DNA of 63,996 nucleotides, the filler included. It is 5 parts of 5 records of this genome, joined end to end, with 100 filler letters (N's around TTAATTAATTAA, not from the genome) between each part and the next. Parts side by side here need not be neighbours in the genome. Positions count along the whole stretch, not along the records: positions 45,067 to 55,566 come from SRR20825010_1426; positions 55,667 to 60,220 come from SRR20825010_1434; positions 60,321 to 63,996 come from SRR20825010_1468; 2 more parts are not named here. One strand, written 5' to 3'. Shown here piece by piece: positions 49,683 through 60,363 of the stretch; position 1 is the first letter of the stretch; the number at the start of each line of letters is the position of its first letter. Under the pieces are notes generated by a model, which saw only the letters and a list, made by a program, of their open reading frames with translations, ran no database searches and had not been told where the DNA came from. The translations under genes and the position numbers were made by a program.

Positions 49683-50768
49683 TTATTTCATATTCGGCAA
49701 AGTGACTTTGAAAGTAGTCCCAGTCCCAAATACTGATTCCAAATCAATTTTTCCACCCATTTGCTCTACGGCTTCTTTGACCATATAGAGGCCCAAACCT
49801 GTGCCCACATTTCTCTGAGTAGCACGCGTGAATAAATTGAATACATCTGCGTGATGCTTCTCCTCTATCCCTATCCCATTATCTTCCAAGACAATAACAG
49901 CTTCAGATGCAGAAGCATCAATTCTAAGACTAATCCTTTTTTCACTCTGGTCTGCTCTCTGAAATTGAACTGAATTACTAAAGAGATTATTGAGTATTAC
50001 CCGGATTTTAGCATCATCAGAGGAGAAACTATTTTCTTGATTGATCTGAATATCAATATGAATATGACCTATATCAAACTTTGCTTTGTAAGCAGTTAAC
50101 TGCTGATCTACAATCCCTTTAAAGTCGATTTTCGTAATCTTATTATCAATTTTTGTAGATCTATAGAAGTCTAACATTTTATAGATAAAATCATCCAACT
50201 TACCCGTGGCACTATCTATCATGTCAAAATACTCTGCAGCCTCAGGGTCTTTCAATTCCATTTTAGCAAGCTTTGACACCCCCGAAATACTCATTAAAGG
50301 ACCTCGCAACTCATGCGATAAGCTGTAAACAAACTGATTCATTTCTGAATGCAACTTCTTTAGTTTCAGGTTTTTATCCTTCAACTCTCTGCGCATGAAG
50401 AAAATATCAGCCGCATTTTTAATCGAGTTTTTTATCTGCTCTATATTCCAAGGCTTATCAATAAATCTATATACCTCGCCCTTATTAATAGCATCTATTA
50501 CTGAAGCTATATCCGAATATCCTGTTAGCAGAATACGGATGGGATCGGGATTAAACTTTACCAATTCCTCAAAAAACTCTGTCCCCGTCATTCCGGGCAT
50601 TCTCTGATCAGCAATTACTACGTGAACTTCTTCCTCCCGTGCAATTCTCAATCCTTCATCTGCATCTATGGCAGTAAAAATTTTAAAATCTTTTCTTAAC
50701 GTAGCTCTGAAGGACTTAAGGTTATTATCCTCATCATCTATATAGAGGACATGAATTTTATCATTCAT
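49683..50768 (-). CDS. Hybrid receiver plus histidine kinase protein
   Basis: YIDDE, DQRMPGMTG receiver; SHELRGPL H-box; NLFSNS, DNGIGI, GTGLGL. Confidence 0.93.
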   Translation of the reverse strand: MNDKIHVLYIDDEDNNLKSFRATLRKDFKIFTAIDADEGLRIAREEEVHVVIADQRMPGMTGTEFFEELVKFNPDPIRILLTGYSDIASVIDAINKGEVYRFIDKPWNIEQIKNSIKNAADIFFMRRELKDKNLKLKKLHSEMNQFVYSLSHELRGPLMSISGVSKLAKMELKDPEAAEYFDMIDSATGKLDDFIYKMLDFYRSTKIDNKITKIDFKGIVDQQLTAYKAKFDIGHIHIDIQINQENSFSSDDAKIRVILNNLFSNSVQFQRADQSEKRISLRIDASASEAVIVLEDNGIGIEEKHHADVFNLFTRATQRNVGTGLGLYMVKEAVEQMGGKIDLESVFGTGTTFKVTLPNMK

Positions 50769-52860
50769 AGCGTTGGGTACTTTGATGTATAGGAAGAGTT
50801 ATTTTAAAGGTAGTACCCTGGTTCTCTTCCGAAATAACTTCCAGCGTTCCTTTGTGATTCTCAATAATAGAATAAACTATTGAAAGACCCAAACCTGTTC
50901 CCTTACCTACAGCTTTTGTAGTGAAGAAAGGCTCAAAAATTCGTTTCTTCACATGCTCAGGCATTCCCGGGCCATTATCTATAATTTCAATTGTTATAGA
51001 ATCTAATAGGGATCTGGTTCGTATTTCTATGTTTGGGTCATTAATAGTATCAATATGATCAGCCAATGCGTGAACCGCATTGTTAATAATATTCATAAAT
51101 ACCTGATTGATTTTACCAGCTAAACACTCAACTAATGGCAACTCACCAAAATCACGGATAATGCGAATCTTGGTTGGCATGGTGCTATTAAGCAAGATGA
51201 TCGTGCTATTAATACCATCATGGAGATCAACTTTCTTGACATCTTGCTCATCTACACGAGAAAAAAGTCGTAATCCCTTCACTATTTCAACTGTTCTTCT
51301 TGCGCCATCATCCATCCCCTTCAGCAGTTGCTCCACTTCATCAAGCACATAGTCTAGTTCCAAATCCGCCTCTAATTGCTTGGCTGCTTTTTGTGAATCA
51401 AGAGTAAACTCTTTCGCACCTGTCGTCCTGTAAAACTCTATCACTTCCATGATATCCTTTATGTCTCTTTTTAAGGGCATAATATTAGAACTCACAAAGT
51501 TGATCGGGTTATTGATTTCGTGTGCAATTCCGGCTGTCAGTTGACCAAGAGAAGCCATTTTTTCCTGATTTACCAGCTGACTTTGGGTATTCTGTAGATT
51601 ACGAAGCACTTGCTCCAATTCATCAGTTCTAATTCGTACTTTTTCCTCTAGCATCGCGTTTTGCTCACGCACTAGTTGATCATTCTCCGCAAGGGCCTTT
51701 AAACGCTCAGCCTGCTCTTTTTCCTTTTCCTTTTTAAGAATGTTGATCTTATCTGCTAATGCGAACGATAATAAAATCGCCTCAAAAGCAAAACCTATGG
51801 TAAACACATAATTAGTAAAGAAGTTATGTGGTAGAAAATCTCCATATGTAAGGAGAAAGATAAACATGCTTATGATAAGCAAAGACCAAGCAATCAAAAA
51901 GAATTTAGCAGGCCGATATCCTCTTCTAAGGCTATAAATCGAAATAGAAAGCAAATAAAAGGAAACTAATCCCAATAACATTTGCATGATTCTGATATTC
52001 AATTGACCAAACCCCAAATCGAATATAAACGAAAGGAAAATCAAAAAATACACTATCAGAATCCCTATTCCTATATTAAATAGTTTCTTATTGAGTCGCT
52101 TAATATTCAGGAATTTCAGTGAATAAAAAATCCCAATCATAGACACCAATATGGTACTTAAGAAGAATGAATTTTCCTTCATAAACACATTATCGGGCCA
52201 TAAATACGCATCCACATAACCCCCTAAAATACCTTGGGTAATCCCCTCAAGGAATATGTACAGTATATAAATCCCATACAGGTAATCGCGAGTAGAAGAC
52301 CATAAAAACATGTTATAAAAAAACATTGCAAGGACAATCCCGAAGTAAATCCCAAACAACACATTTTTCTCATCCAATTTAAATCCGGAGCCTACACCAT
52401 CATCTATTCCTATAGGGACAATAATATTCCCTAAACTTTTTACTCGAACGTAGTAGGTTAGACTGGCATTTACTGGCACAGTTCCTTTGTTGTAAAGCGA
52501 ATTAAAATTATTAGTAGTATAATTCACCCTTCCTAATTTTGACAATAACTCCCCTTTTTCACTATAAACCTCCACTTCATTAAGCATTGGATTATTGAAT
52601 GAAATTTGTAGGTTTTTCACTTCAGCGAATTTCTTGTTTAAAACCAATTTTATCCAAAAGACTGAATCGCTATACCCAAACAATAAATTAGGTTTCTCTA
52701 CTTTTTCAAAAACGGTGTTTACATCAGTAAAAAACGAATCAACACCTTCTCCGGAATCTTCAAGACTTATGTAGCCTATATACTGAAAATCAGAACTACT
52801 CCGATCAGCACATGAAAATAAAACAAAAACTGATAGTACTATAAAAATTATTCTACTCAT
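50761..52860 (-). CDS. 7TM-DISM sensor histidine kinase
   Basis: Extracellular [12 protein letters not shown] domain (DISMED2-like), about 7 TM helices ending [47 protein letters not shown]. Confidence 0.92.
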   Translation of the reverse strand: MSRIIFIVLSVFVLFSCADRSSSDFQYIGYISLEDSGEGVDSFFTDVNTVFEKVEKPNLLFGYSDSVFWIKLVLNKKFAEVKNLQISFNNPMLNEVEVYSEKGELLSKLGRVNYTTNNFNSLYNKGTVPVNASLTYYVRVKSLGNIIVPIGIDDGVGSGFKLDEKNVLFGIYFGIVLAMFFYNMFLWSSTRDYLYGIYILYIFLEGITQGILGGYVDAYLWPDNVFMKENSFFLSTILVSMIGIFYSLKFLNIKRLNKKLFNIGIGILIVYFLIFLSFIFDLGFGQLNIRIMQMLLGLVSFYLLSISIYSLRRGYRPAKFFLIAWSLLIISMFIFLLTYGDFLPHNFFTNYVFTIGFAFEAILLSFALADKINILKKEKEKEQAERLKALAENDQLVREQNAMLEEKVRIRTDELEQVLRNLQNTQSQLVNQEKMASLGQLTAGIAHEINNPINFVSSNIMPLKRDIKDIMEVIEFYRTTGAKEFTLDSQKAAKQLEADLELDYVLDEVEQLLKGMDDGARRTVEIVKGLRLFSRVDEQDVKKVDLHDGINSTIILLNSTMPTKIRIIRDFGELPLVECLAGKINQVFMNIINNAVHALADHIDTINDPNIEIRTRSLLDSITIEIIDNGPGMPEHVKKRIFEPFFTTKAVGKGTGLGLSIVYSIIENHKGTLEVISEENQGTTFKITLPIHQSTQRYE

Positions 52861-53543
52861 TCTAAATAAGAAGTATATTGAAGTGTGACATTTTTATTCC
52901 TATAAACCTCTTCTATAATAAGAGAGTTATTATTTCTGATTTGAAATATTGGTTCTCGATGTTCATCAGCAGTAAGAGGCAAGCCTATCACATCATGAAG
53001 TTTCATGGCTGTGGCGATGAGGTCTAATTTAGGATAATAAAAGGTACCATTATTTCCTACTTCGGTCAATATCTCGTAGCCAATCTCTAATCCAAGTTTT
53101 ACCGTAGTAGGGGCAAAAAGTGCATAAAGAGAGGTTAAGCCAAGTTTCGGGGCAAGTGCCAAACAAGCCTTAACCATAAAGATCGCACCAATACCCAATC
53201 CTGTTATCTTTCTAGAGTTCCATAAGCCGCACACCTCACCCGTACCCGAATCTAAATCTTTCTCAATAATATCTTTGATAGAGCTATCTAAATCTTGAAT
53301 TGCTTCCACCATAGGCAGAGGAGATTCAGAATTCGCCTTATGTATCCTAGCCCCACCATAAATCAACCCATCTACGCTCGATTCTACTATTACCACGATG
53401 ACATCTGGGTTTTGCGCCCAAGAGTCATTTGCAGATGTGACTTTTTTCACGCCGATGCTTTCTAGCACCTGCCTGTGTCCTTCTATAAACATTTTACATC
53501 TATCGGGATAATCAACAGCTTTAAATGCAATTAATTTGAACAT
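52857..53543 (-). CDS. Putative GNAT-like N-acyltransferase (FeeM/LuxI-like fold)
   Basis: 228 aa; IYGGARIH...PLPM...GEVCGLWNSR...GLGIG parallels the G..R / LP / E..RL pattern of N-acyl amino acid synthases; coupled to the ThiF-nitroreductase gene. Confidence 0.55.
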   Translation of the reverse strand: MFKLIAFKAVDYPDRCKMFIEGHRQVLESIGVKKVTSANDSWAQNPDVIVVIVESSVDGLIYGGARIHKANSESPLPMVEAIQDLDSSIKDIIEKDLDSGTGEVCGLWNSRKITGLGIGAIFMVKACLALAPKLGLTSLYALFAPTTVKLGLEIGYEILTEVGNNGTFYYPKLDLIATAMKLHDVIGLPLTADEHREPIFQIRNNNSLIIEEVYRNKNVTLQYTSYLE

Positions 53544-53545
53544 AA

Positions 53546-55566
53546 TTAGTGGACTATAAGACTATCCCAAATATCACGTCTATACGATCTCATAGTTGGT
53601 TCATCTGCAAGGTTAAGCCTAACCATGAATATTTCTTCACGCTTATTCTCCTTATTAAAGAGTCTATTTAATTCAGTCTTCAGCTCCATTATCGCCGCAG
53701 CCTCATCGTCAGTAAAACCTGTGACTTTCTCTCTTCCCACTCTATGGAAAAGAAATAAAGATGCTGCAATGGGCTGCATGCTAATGCCTATCATATTTGC
53801 TTTTAGCCAGATTCTTTGGAGTGCAACACCCGCTTTCAAAAAAGCAACCGGGGAATAATCATCTGTTTCCAGCATAAGAACTGCAGAAGATGAGAGTACT
53901 GTTTCATCGGAAATGTTAGACAAGGCATGGCCTAAGTCATATTTTCTAAAAAATTTCACTGTTTCTGAATCTCTTACTAATCCCATCGCAGCTCTTGCAG
54001 ATTTATCCATTTCTAGAGTGGCGATATCTATTCCATCCCCAGTCTCTTTCGCTTCCTGATTTGACCAGCGGATTTCATTTATAAAATCCTTATATCCTTG
54101 CTCATGTAATAATCTGTATCGATCCATTGCACCGATCACATTAGCCAATTTAACTAAATCTTCTTGTTCTTTGAGGTCTTCAACAAAAACATCGCTTTCT
54201 AAACCAATGCTTTTTAAGACATTTAGGTTCTCATCTGATAATTCTTGCTTCGAGCCATTCTTTCTATTTGTACAGCGGAGTGCAATTCCTTTAGAAAGCT
54301 CAGCGAAAGGAACAGTAATCTTTTCATTCGATTTAGAAATAAAACGTACCTGAGCAATATAGTTGTCATCAAATTGATCGATAGCATAGGTAATCTCCAC
54401 CGCAACTCCCATCTCAGCGCTGGCCAAGCGAATATTTTCCAACGCTGCACCAAAAGCCAAAAGAGATCCTGTGCTTTTATAATCTAGGAGGGTATGACTT
54501 AAGTTCCTGTTTTCAAAAAGATGTAAAACTCCTTTTTTATCAAAAACCCAGATCCAAGGCTGACTATTCCCTCCGGATGGAGCTAGATTAGCAGAGTTAA
54601 TTATCTTCTTTAGTTCAGCTCGTGACAACAGGTAAGGTGAGGCTTGGACATTTTCTGCGACTTTTATGTCGGATAGATTAAGACTCGGGCTTGTGAAAAT
54701 CTGCTCATGGTCTGAATTAAGAGGTTTTGTTGGAATAATTTCGTCAAGATCTACATAGTATCGCCCAGACTTTACATCTTCTCCCAAAAGAAATTTACGG
54801 GCTACATGCGCAACAGAAGCTCCTCCCAAAAATACAGCAGAAGCAAGTTGTGGCCATGAAGTCAAAGACTGGTTAATCTCTAAAAGAGAAATTTTCATCC
54901 TAGAAGACAATGTATCTACTCCGGTAATTTTCAGTACCATTGGTACTTTCTGCTTGTTTGTAAGATTTCGCAAAGAAGAGTAGTCTACATCTCCTACATA
55001 ACCATGAAAGATTGGCCTATCATGCTCAGTATCAAATCGCTCAATATCAAGCATCCCTCTATCAGAAGTTTCCATCATTACAGGGATTCTGTGCAGTTTA
55101 GCCTTTTCTCTTATTAATATTTTTATGTCCAAGCTATCACATTCATCTATTACTAGATCTAATTTGCCATCCTTAGTCAAAAAATCATCAATATTGCTTT
55201 CATCAACCCCTTTGCGGTAAATATTCAATTTAAGGTACGGATCTAATTCTGCTATTTCTCTTGCCGTAATTATAGTTTTTTCGGTCCCTAGATCACCAAG
55301 GCTAGCTCTGATCCTATTAAGATTACTCAGTTCAAGAGTATCAAAATCCGCCAATCTCATCTCTCCACAACCTCTTTCCATCGCAATGGCTAGTGCCACA
55401 CTCTGTCCTACTGAAAGACCAATAATACCGACCTTCTTACTTCTCAGCTCCTCTTGCTCAGTTTTGGTAATTTTATAATTATTCCTAGAAGTTCTTACCT
55501 CAATAAATTCCTCCTCTGGCAAAATACGCACTATAACATTATTCCATGGATAGTAAACCCAAGATC
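53546..55566 (-). CDS. ThiF-nitroreductase di-domain protein (Rv1355c/OxzB-like), 5'-truncated
   Basis: Frame open to the contig edge with WVYYPW; RTSRN, GIIGLSVG, LADFDTLELSNLNR, DECD (ThiF); APSGGNSQPW and RCTNRK (nitroreductase). Confidence 0.88.
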
Positions 55567-55666
55567 NNNNNNNNNNNNNNNNNNNNNNNNNNNNNNNNNN
55601 NNNNNNNNNNTTAATTAATTAANNNNNNNNNNNNNNNNNNNNNNNNNNNNNNNNNNNNNNNNNNNN
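55567..55666. other. Artificial contig spacer
   Basis: N44-TTAATTAATTAA-N44. Confidence 0.99.
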
Positions 55667-55798
55667 CGGCTTTCACGGCCATGCCCGATTGTCACCAAAG
55701 TGCCATCATCGCCAACCCTGGGTTACTCCACAGTTGCCGAACAACTCATGGGCATCTTATAGATGGCCGCCTTGCAACGTTGAGGGAGGCAATAATTC

Positions 55799-56680
55799 TT
55801 GTCGGAGATGTGTGGCTTCCAGCCCGACGAGGCCCGCCGGTCGCATCGCACCACGATTATTCATCAGCATCTGGACTGGGGAATGGTCCGGGCGGACATG
55901 GTCACGCGGACCGGACTGCGACGTCAGGAAACGCGGATTGCCGTTGACGATTACACGTTCCTGATCAACCTGCAGGGCGAAGCCAGGTCCGGTCAGGATT
56001 ATGTGGATGGCCGCCGCGTGGGGTTCTCCCCCCGCAAGGCCGGATCCCTTATCTTCCTGCCCCCCTTCTGTGAATGGACCGGGTGGGACGAAGGAGACCC
56101 GACCGGGTCATACCTGTTCGTGTCCATGGATGCGGATTTCGTTCAACAAACGCTTGGCAACGAGCATCAGGCAGGCTTGCAGCCGGCAATCGGCTTTCGC
56201 GACAGCATAATTGAAACAGCACTTCAAAGGATTGCGACCGAGCTGAAGCACCCGGACCCAACGAGCGCCATGATGGTGGAAAGCCAGGCGGTCCAGATCC
56301 TTGTGCAAATGGTCAGATTGAACGATGTAGCCCACGAGCCGGCCAAGGGCGGGTTCTCACCGTTCGATCTCAAGCGGGTTATTGCCCTAATGGAAGCGCG
56401 CCTTGCGGACCCGCCCAGCGCAGATGAACTCGCTTCGGAGCTCGGTGTGAGCCGACGACACTTCTTTCGAGCGTTCAAACAATCAACGGGGAAAACCCCA
56501 TCTGGCTACATGGCGGATCTTCGCCTGAAGCGCGCGTTGGAGCTGCTGATTGCCACGGATCGGCCGGCAACCGATATTGCGTTGGAATGCGGATTTTCGA
56601 GTTCGAGCCATTTTGCCTATGCCTTCAAGCGCGTTCATGGCGCTGGGCCGTCCGAATATCGCCGAAGGTGGCGAAGCTGA
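55799..56680 (+). CDS. AraC-family transcriptional regulator (start uncertain)
   Basis: LASELGVSRRHFFRAFKQSTGKTP...RLKRALELL...IALECGFSSSSHFAYAFKRVHGAGPSEYR. Confidence 0.92.
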   Translation: MSEMCGFQPDEARRSHRTTIIHQHLDWGMVRADMVTRTGLRRQETRIAVDDYTFLINLQGEARSGQDYVDGRRVGFSPRKAGSLIFLPPFCEWTGWDEGDPTGSYLFVSMDADFVQQTLGNEHQAGLQPAIGFRDSIIETALQRIATELKHPDPTSAMMVESQAVQILVQMVRLNDVAHEPAKGGFSPFDLKRVIALMEARLADPPSADELASELGVSRRHFFRAFKQSTGKTPSGYMADLRLKRALELLIATDRPATDIALECGFSSSSHFAYAFKRVHGAGPSEYRRRWRS

Positions 56681-57972
56681 TGGCGCGTTCACATTTTAAT
56701 CGGCGCTTCTTCAAGAAGATCGTCGTCTCCGCATATTGGTGTTGCAGGCAATCAGTTTATCACGCGGTGTCCGCCAATGACCTCCGAAAAGCCAACTTGG
56801 TCGATTGCCCACGGGCAGGACAGCAGCGGCAGCGCTTTAGATGGTTCCTTGCCTGTACATTCGCCTCGGCGACCGGGCGGAACGGCTACCACATTGCGTG
56901 CGCGTGGATCCTTGTGGCTGAAGGGTTTGGTAGTGCAGCCGTAGCGGTATATTTCGCCATCATCAGTGTAACGGAGTTATTGGCAAGCCCGCTTGCGGGC
57001 TGGATATCAGATCGTAGGGACCGTCGATTTCTGTACATCCTGGCAGATGGGTTCCGTTTTGCCGCCATTCTGGCATTGGGAGCCATCCTACTCGTAACTG
57101 ATCTGCGTTGGGCCATCTGGTTGTCCGCATTGATTTTCGCGACTTGTGACCGGATCGCGCTTACCGCGTCGCAATCGATGATCCCCGGCGTCACTGCTCA
57201 TATGCTGCTTTCCACGGGCAATTCCATCGCCTTTTTTCTGACCCAAGCAGGAAGCCTAGCTGCGGCAGCCTTGACCGGAGTTCTCCTGCACTTCTCGACG
57301 CCAACACAGACGTTCGCGGTGCTTTCCCTGGCCTTCGCCCTGTCGGTCGGTTTCATGCTGCAAGTTCGGCAAGACAGAGCCATACCCCTGCCTGAGGCAT
57401 CTGGACCGGCGCCAAGGCTGACCATGCAGCCGCACTTGCTGAAACTCGGGGCGATTTATGCTCTTCTCTACACGGGCGGGGTTCTCGTCAGTGTCATTGG
57501 TCCCAGTTTCGTGTTCGACGAACTTGCCGGTACCGCAATTGACTTCGGACAACTCGAGAGTGCCTGGTCAGCTGGATCGATCGTTGGCGCGCTCCTGCTC
57601 ATACCGCTTGTTCGCACGGCGAGGATTCCGGTGCTTCAGCTCATGAGCCTCGGCATGACCGCGTGCTCATTCGCAATGTTGAAAGTTCTGGACCTTCCGT
57701 GGTCGCTGCTGATCTTCGCGGTCCTTGGGGTGCTGTACAATCTCGGCCGCGTCGCAATCGAGGTCATGCTCCAATCCTGTGTTCCGGTTACCGCACTCGG
57801 ACGGGCAAAAGGTGCCTTGCACAGTGCGGGCGTCCTGCTCGGCGTCATCCTGTTCGGGTTCGTCGCCACAATCGGGGACACGATGCACCCCTCCAGCATA
57901 TTCTTTGCCTACGCCGTTGTTCTGACTGCGGGAGCACTCGCTCTGGGCCTCTGGCGCGTGCCTGACCGGTGA
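56680..57972 (+). CDS. MFS transporter (start uncertain)
   Basis: Many TM helices; AGWISDRRDRR motif A; TGATG overlap with the araC-like stop. Confidence 0.88.
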   Translation: MARSHFNRRFFKKIVVSAYWCCRQSVYHAVSANDLRKANLVDCPRAGQQRQRFRWFLACTFASATGRNGYHIACAWILVAEGFGSAAVAVYFAIISVTELLASPLAGWISDRRDRRFLYILADGFRFAAILALGAILLVTDLRWAIWLSALIFATCDRIALTASQSMIPGVTAHMLLSTGNSIAFFLTQAGSLAAAALTGVLLHFSTPTQTFAVLSLAFALSVGFMLQVRQDRAIPLPEASGPAPRLTMQPHLLKLGAIYALLYTGGVLVSVIGPSFVFDELAGTAIDFGQLESAWSAGSIVGALLLIPLVRTARIPVLQLMSLGMTACSFAMLKVLDLPWSLLIFAVLGVLYNLGRVAIEVMLQSCVPVTALGRAKGALHSAGVLLGVILFGFVATIGDTMHPSSIFFAYAVVLTAGALALGLWRVPDR

Positions 57973-58260
57973 AACGACGGTCGTTAATAACATGCGGATA
58001 GGCAGTTCTGATCCGCATCCAAGTCATAAAAATGCGTGAAGACACAAAGATCGTGCCAACCGGTACAGTTCCGCGGGTAGAAGGTCGACACCAATCGATG
58101 ACCTATGCCGCCGCTTGAAACGCCGATCAGGAACGCAAGCGCGACAGGGCTCCGTCTTGATCATCTCGACCTGACCGGTTAACGCGTACGCAATACTCGA
58201 CGCGCCTTCGGACATTGAACACCAAAGTTGAATATTTCCTCAATGCGACAGGAATTGCCG

Positions 58261-58470
58261 ATGGAAACCACAACGATTGAATCGCGCAGTGACTTCGCCC
58301 AATGGGCTATCGAACGCGCTCGTGCAATTGTTGCTGACCAAGCAAGCGATCTGGCAGTCGCCGCCCGCGATTGCAACGATGAAGAAATCGCCAGAACTGC
58401 ACATGCGCTCGGCAAAGCGATTTCAGAAGCACTGATCGAGGTATTCGACGGGCTAGTCCCGGACGAGTAG
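58261..58470 (+). CDS. Small helical hypothetical protein
   Basis: METTTIESRSDFAQWAIERARAIV...; AGGA upstream; protein-like composition. Confidence 0.55.
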   Translation: METTTIESRSDFAQWAIERARAIVADQASDLAVAARDCNDEEIARTAHALGKAISEALIEVFDGLVPDE

Positions 58471-58841
58471 GTAAGCGCGTTCGAGCCAGAAAACGAAGCC
58501 ATAGGTTAGCGGGGACGCACGTGTCGACCAAATAGGGCATTTTGCGCCCCCAAGCCTGTCGTTCACAATCGTGGATCCACGTCCCGAATGCAGCCGTTCG
58601 CGCACTCCGCACGAAGGTCCAGACATGGCGGAAACCGGTCATTCGCTGCGGATGCATGTTGATTGGGCCACAAAGGTGCAAGCGGACATCCAAACTACGC
58701 GAAGTCCAAGCCCAGTTCCGCATCGCCGCATGACGGCTTCGAGTCCTGAGCGGACGAACCGCCTCTGAGGGGCAGTACTAGTAGCCTGACAGAGACGAGC
58801 TCGAACTCGTCTGAGCACAACCAATGAGTGGATTCAATGTT

Positions 58842-58870
58842 AAAAATAAAATTGACATCATTTTCATTTT
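58842..58870 (+). promoter_or_regulatory. TTGACA -35 box overlapped by an imperfect palindrome (possible TetR operator)
   Basis: AAAATTGA-CATCATTT-TCATTTT in an AT-rich patch upstream of the TetR gene. Confidence 0.4.
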
Positions 58871-59015
58871 TATGCCAACCTGGCGTTGGTTGTCGTGTTG
58901 CAGAGGGCCGAGGAAGTCTGGGCGAAAATCGATCCATCCTCTCGGCGGGCGCCGACCGCCTAACCTTTGAGAAGCAATCAGTGCGTCCTGTATTTGTTCG
59001 GAGAACAGCGAGAGA

Positions 59016-59684
59016 ATGAACAGCCTTTCAACTCACCCTGTGGATCCTAACCGCGGTCAGAGTGAGTTTTGCGCTTGGCTTGCTGGCGACCGCGCAAGCC
59101 TCCGTAAGGGAGAGCGTACACGCAAGGATTTGATGGTGACCTGCGCTGAGCTTCTTGCTTCAGAGCCATTTGATCGCCTCAAAGTTTCGGGTCTGTGCAA
59201 TTCAGCAGGTGTCGCCCATGGAACGTTTTACGTCTACTTTGATAATCTGAACACGATCCTGGCAGAGGTGCTTGGCCTCTTTGTCGATTATGTTCAAATC
59301 CAGATGAGGTCGGCTGCGCGGCAAGGCGAGGACCCCGTCCGGGATACTACGGCGGCCTATTACGCGCTGTTCAAAGCAAATTCCCATTTGATGAAATGCC
59401 TCGTAATGGGCATCGACGCCTTTCCCGAAGCGCGAGCGGCGTTCCAGCGTCTCAACCATGAGTGGGCCAAAACCGTTGTTCGCTCCCTGAAAAGACGGAA
59501 CCAATCCGGACATTCCGCGGAAGACGAAATGATGCGTCGGGCCTATGCGCTCGGTGGCATGGTCGATCAGTATCTCACCGCCCTCTTTGTTGCCGAAGAC
59601 CCGTGGATTGCCTCGATCTCGCAGGACCCGGAGGCGGTGATCTCCACACTTACCGACATCTGGATGAAAGGCATGGAGGAATGA
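59016..59684 (+). CDS. TetR/AcrR-family regulator
   Basis: KGERTRKDL...LKVSGLCNSAGVAHGTFYVYFDN HTH. Confidence 0.92.
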   Translation: MNSLSTHPVDPNRGQSEFCAWLAGDRASLRKGERTRKDLMVTCAELLASEPFDRLKVSGLCNSAGVAHGTFYVYFDNLNTILAEVLGLFVDYVQIQMRSAARQGEDPVRDTTAAYYALFKANSHLMKCLVMGIDAFPEARAAFQRLNHEWAKTVVRSLKRRNQSGHSAEDEMMRRAYALGGMVDQYLTALFVAEDPWIASISQDPEAVISTLTDIWMKGMEE

Positions 59685-60220
59685 GCTTGCTTCAGGACGG
59701 GCACCTGATGCCATTGGACGAGATCGCGCAGCACCGGCAGCAGGCCTGGGAACGGCAAAGCGCCTATGTCGTGGAAAATTCGGCCTTTTACCAAAGGCTC
59801 TGGTATGGCAAGGCGCCGCCCCGACGGCTGGAAGATATTGCCCAGCTGCCGTTCTCGGACAAGGCGGGGCTACGACTGGCGCAGCCTGCGTCGCCACCAT
59901 TCGGTGATTACCTGGCAGCGCCAACCGAAAAGGTCAGCCGGCTGCACCGGACATCGGGAACCACAGGACAGGCGATGAACCTTGCGATGAGCGCGCAGGA
60001 TTGCGAAATCACCGAAATCGTCGGTGGCCGGGCGCAATCGCTTGCAGGGTTGAAAGCGGGCACGATGGTGGTCCACTGCCTGAATTACCAGATGTGGATG
60101 GGCGGGCTGACTGATCACCTGACGCTGGAGCGCACGGGTGCAACCGTCGTACCGTTCGGCGTCGGATCGACCGAGTTGCTGATCAACACGATACTGGAAA
60201 CCGGGATCACGGCGATTTCC
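59681..60220 (+). CDS. Phenylacetate-CoA ligase-like (PaaK family) adenylating enzyme, 3'-truncated
   Basis: ATGA overlap with the TetR stop; SAFYQRL, LPFSDK, RLHRTSGTTG, GATVVPFG. Confidence 0.85.
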
Positions 60221-60320
60221 NNNNNNNNNNNNNNNNNNNNNNNNNNNNNNNNNNNNNNNNNNNNTTAATTAATTAANNNNNNNNNNNNNNNNNNNNNNNN
60301 NNNNNNNNNNNNNNNNNNNN
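60221..60320. other. Artificial contig spacer
   Basis: N44-TTAATTAATTAA-N44. Confidence 0.99.
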
Positions 60321-60348
60321 GGATGGCCGGATCAAGTCCGGCCATGAC
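60321..60348. repeat. Alphaproteobacterial REP-like hairpin at the contig end
   Basis: ATGGCCGGA-tcaag-TCCGGCCAT followed by GAC. Confidence 0.7.
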
Positions 60349-60363
60349 AACCGAAAATTATGC

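Noticed and set aside
5416-55566. Ubl-like protein (contig A) being activated by the ThiF enzyme (contig C)
   Set aside because: The genes lie on different contigs from different organisms, and the ThiF protein is the nitroreductase-fused small-molecule type
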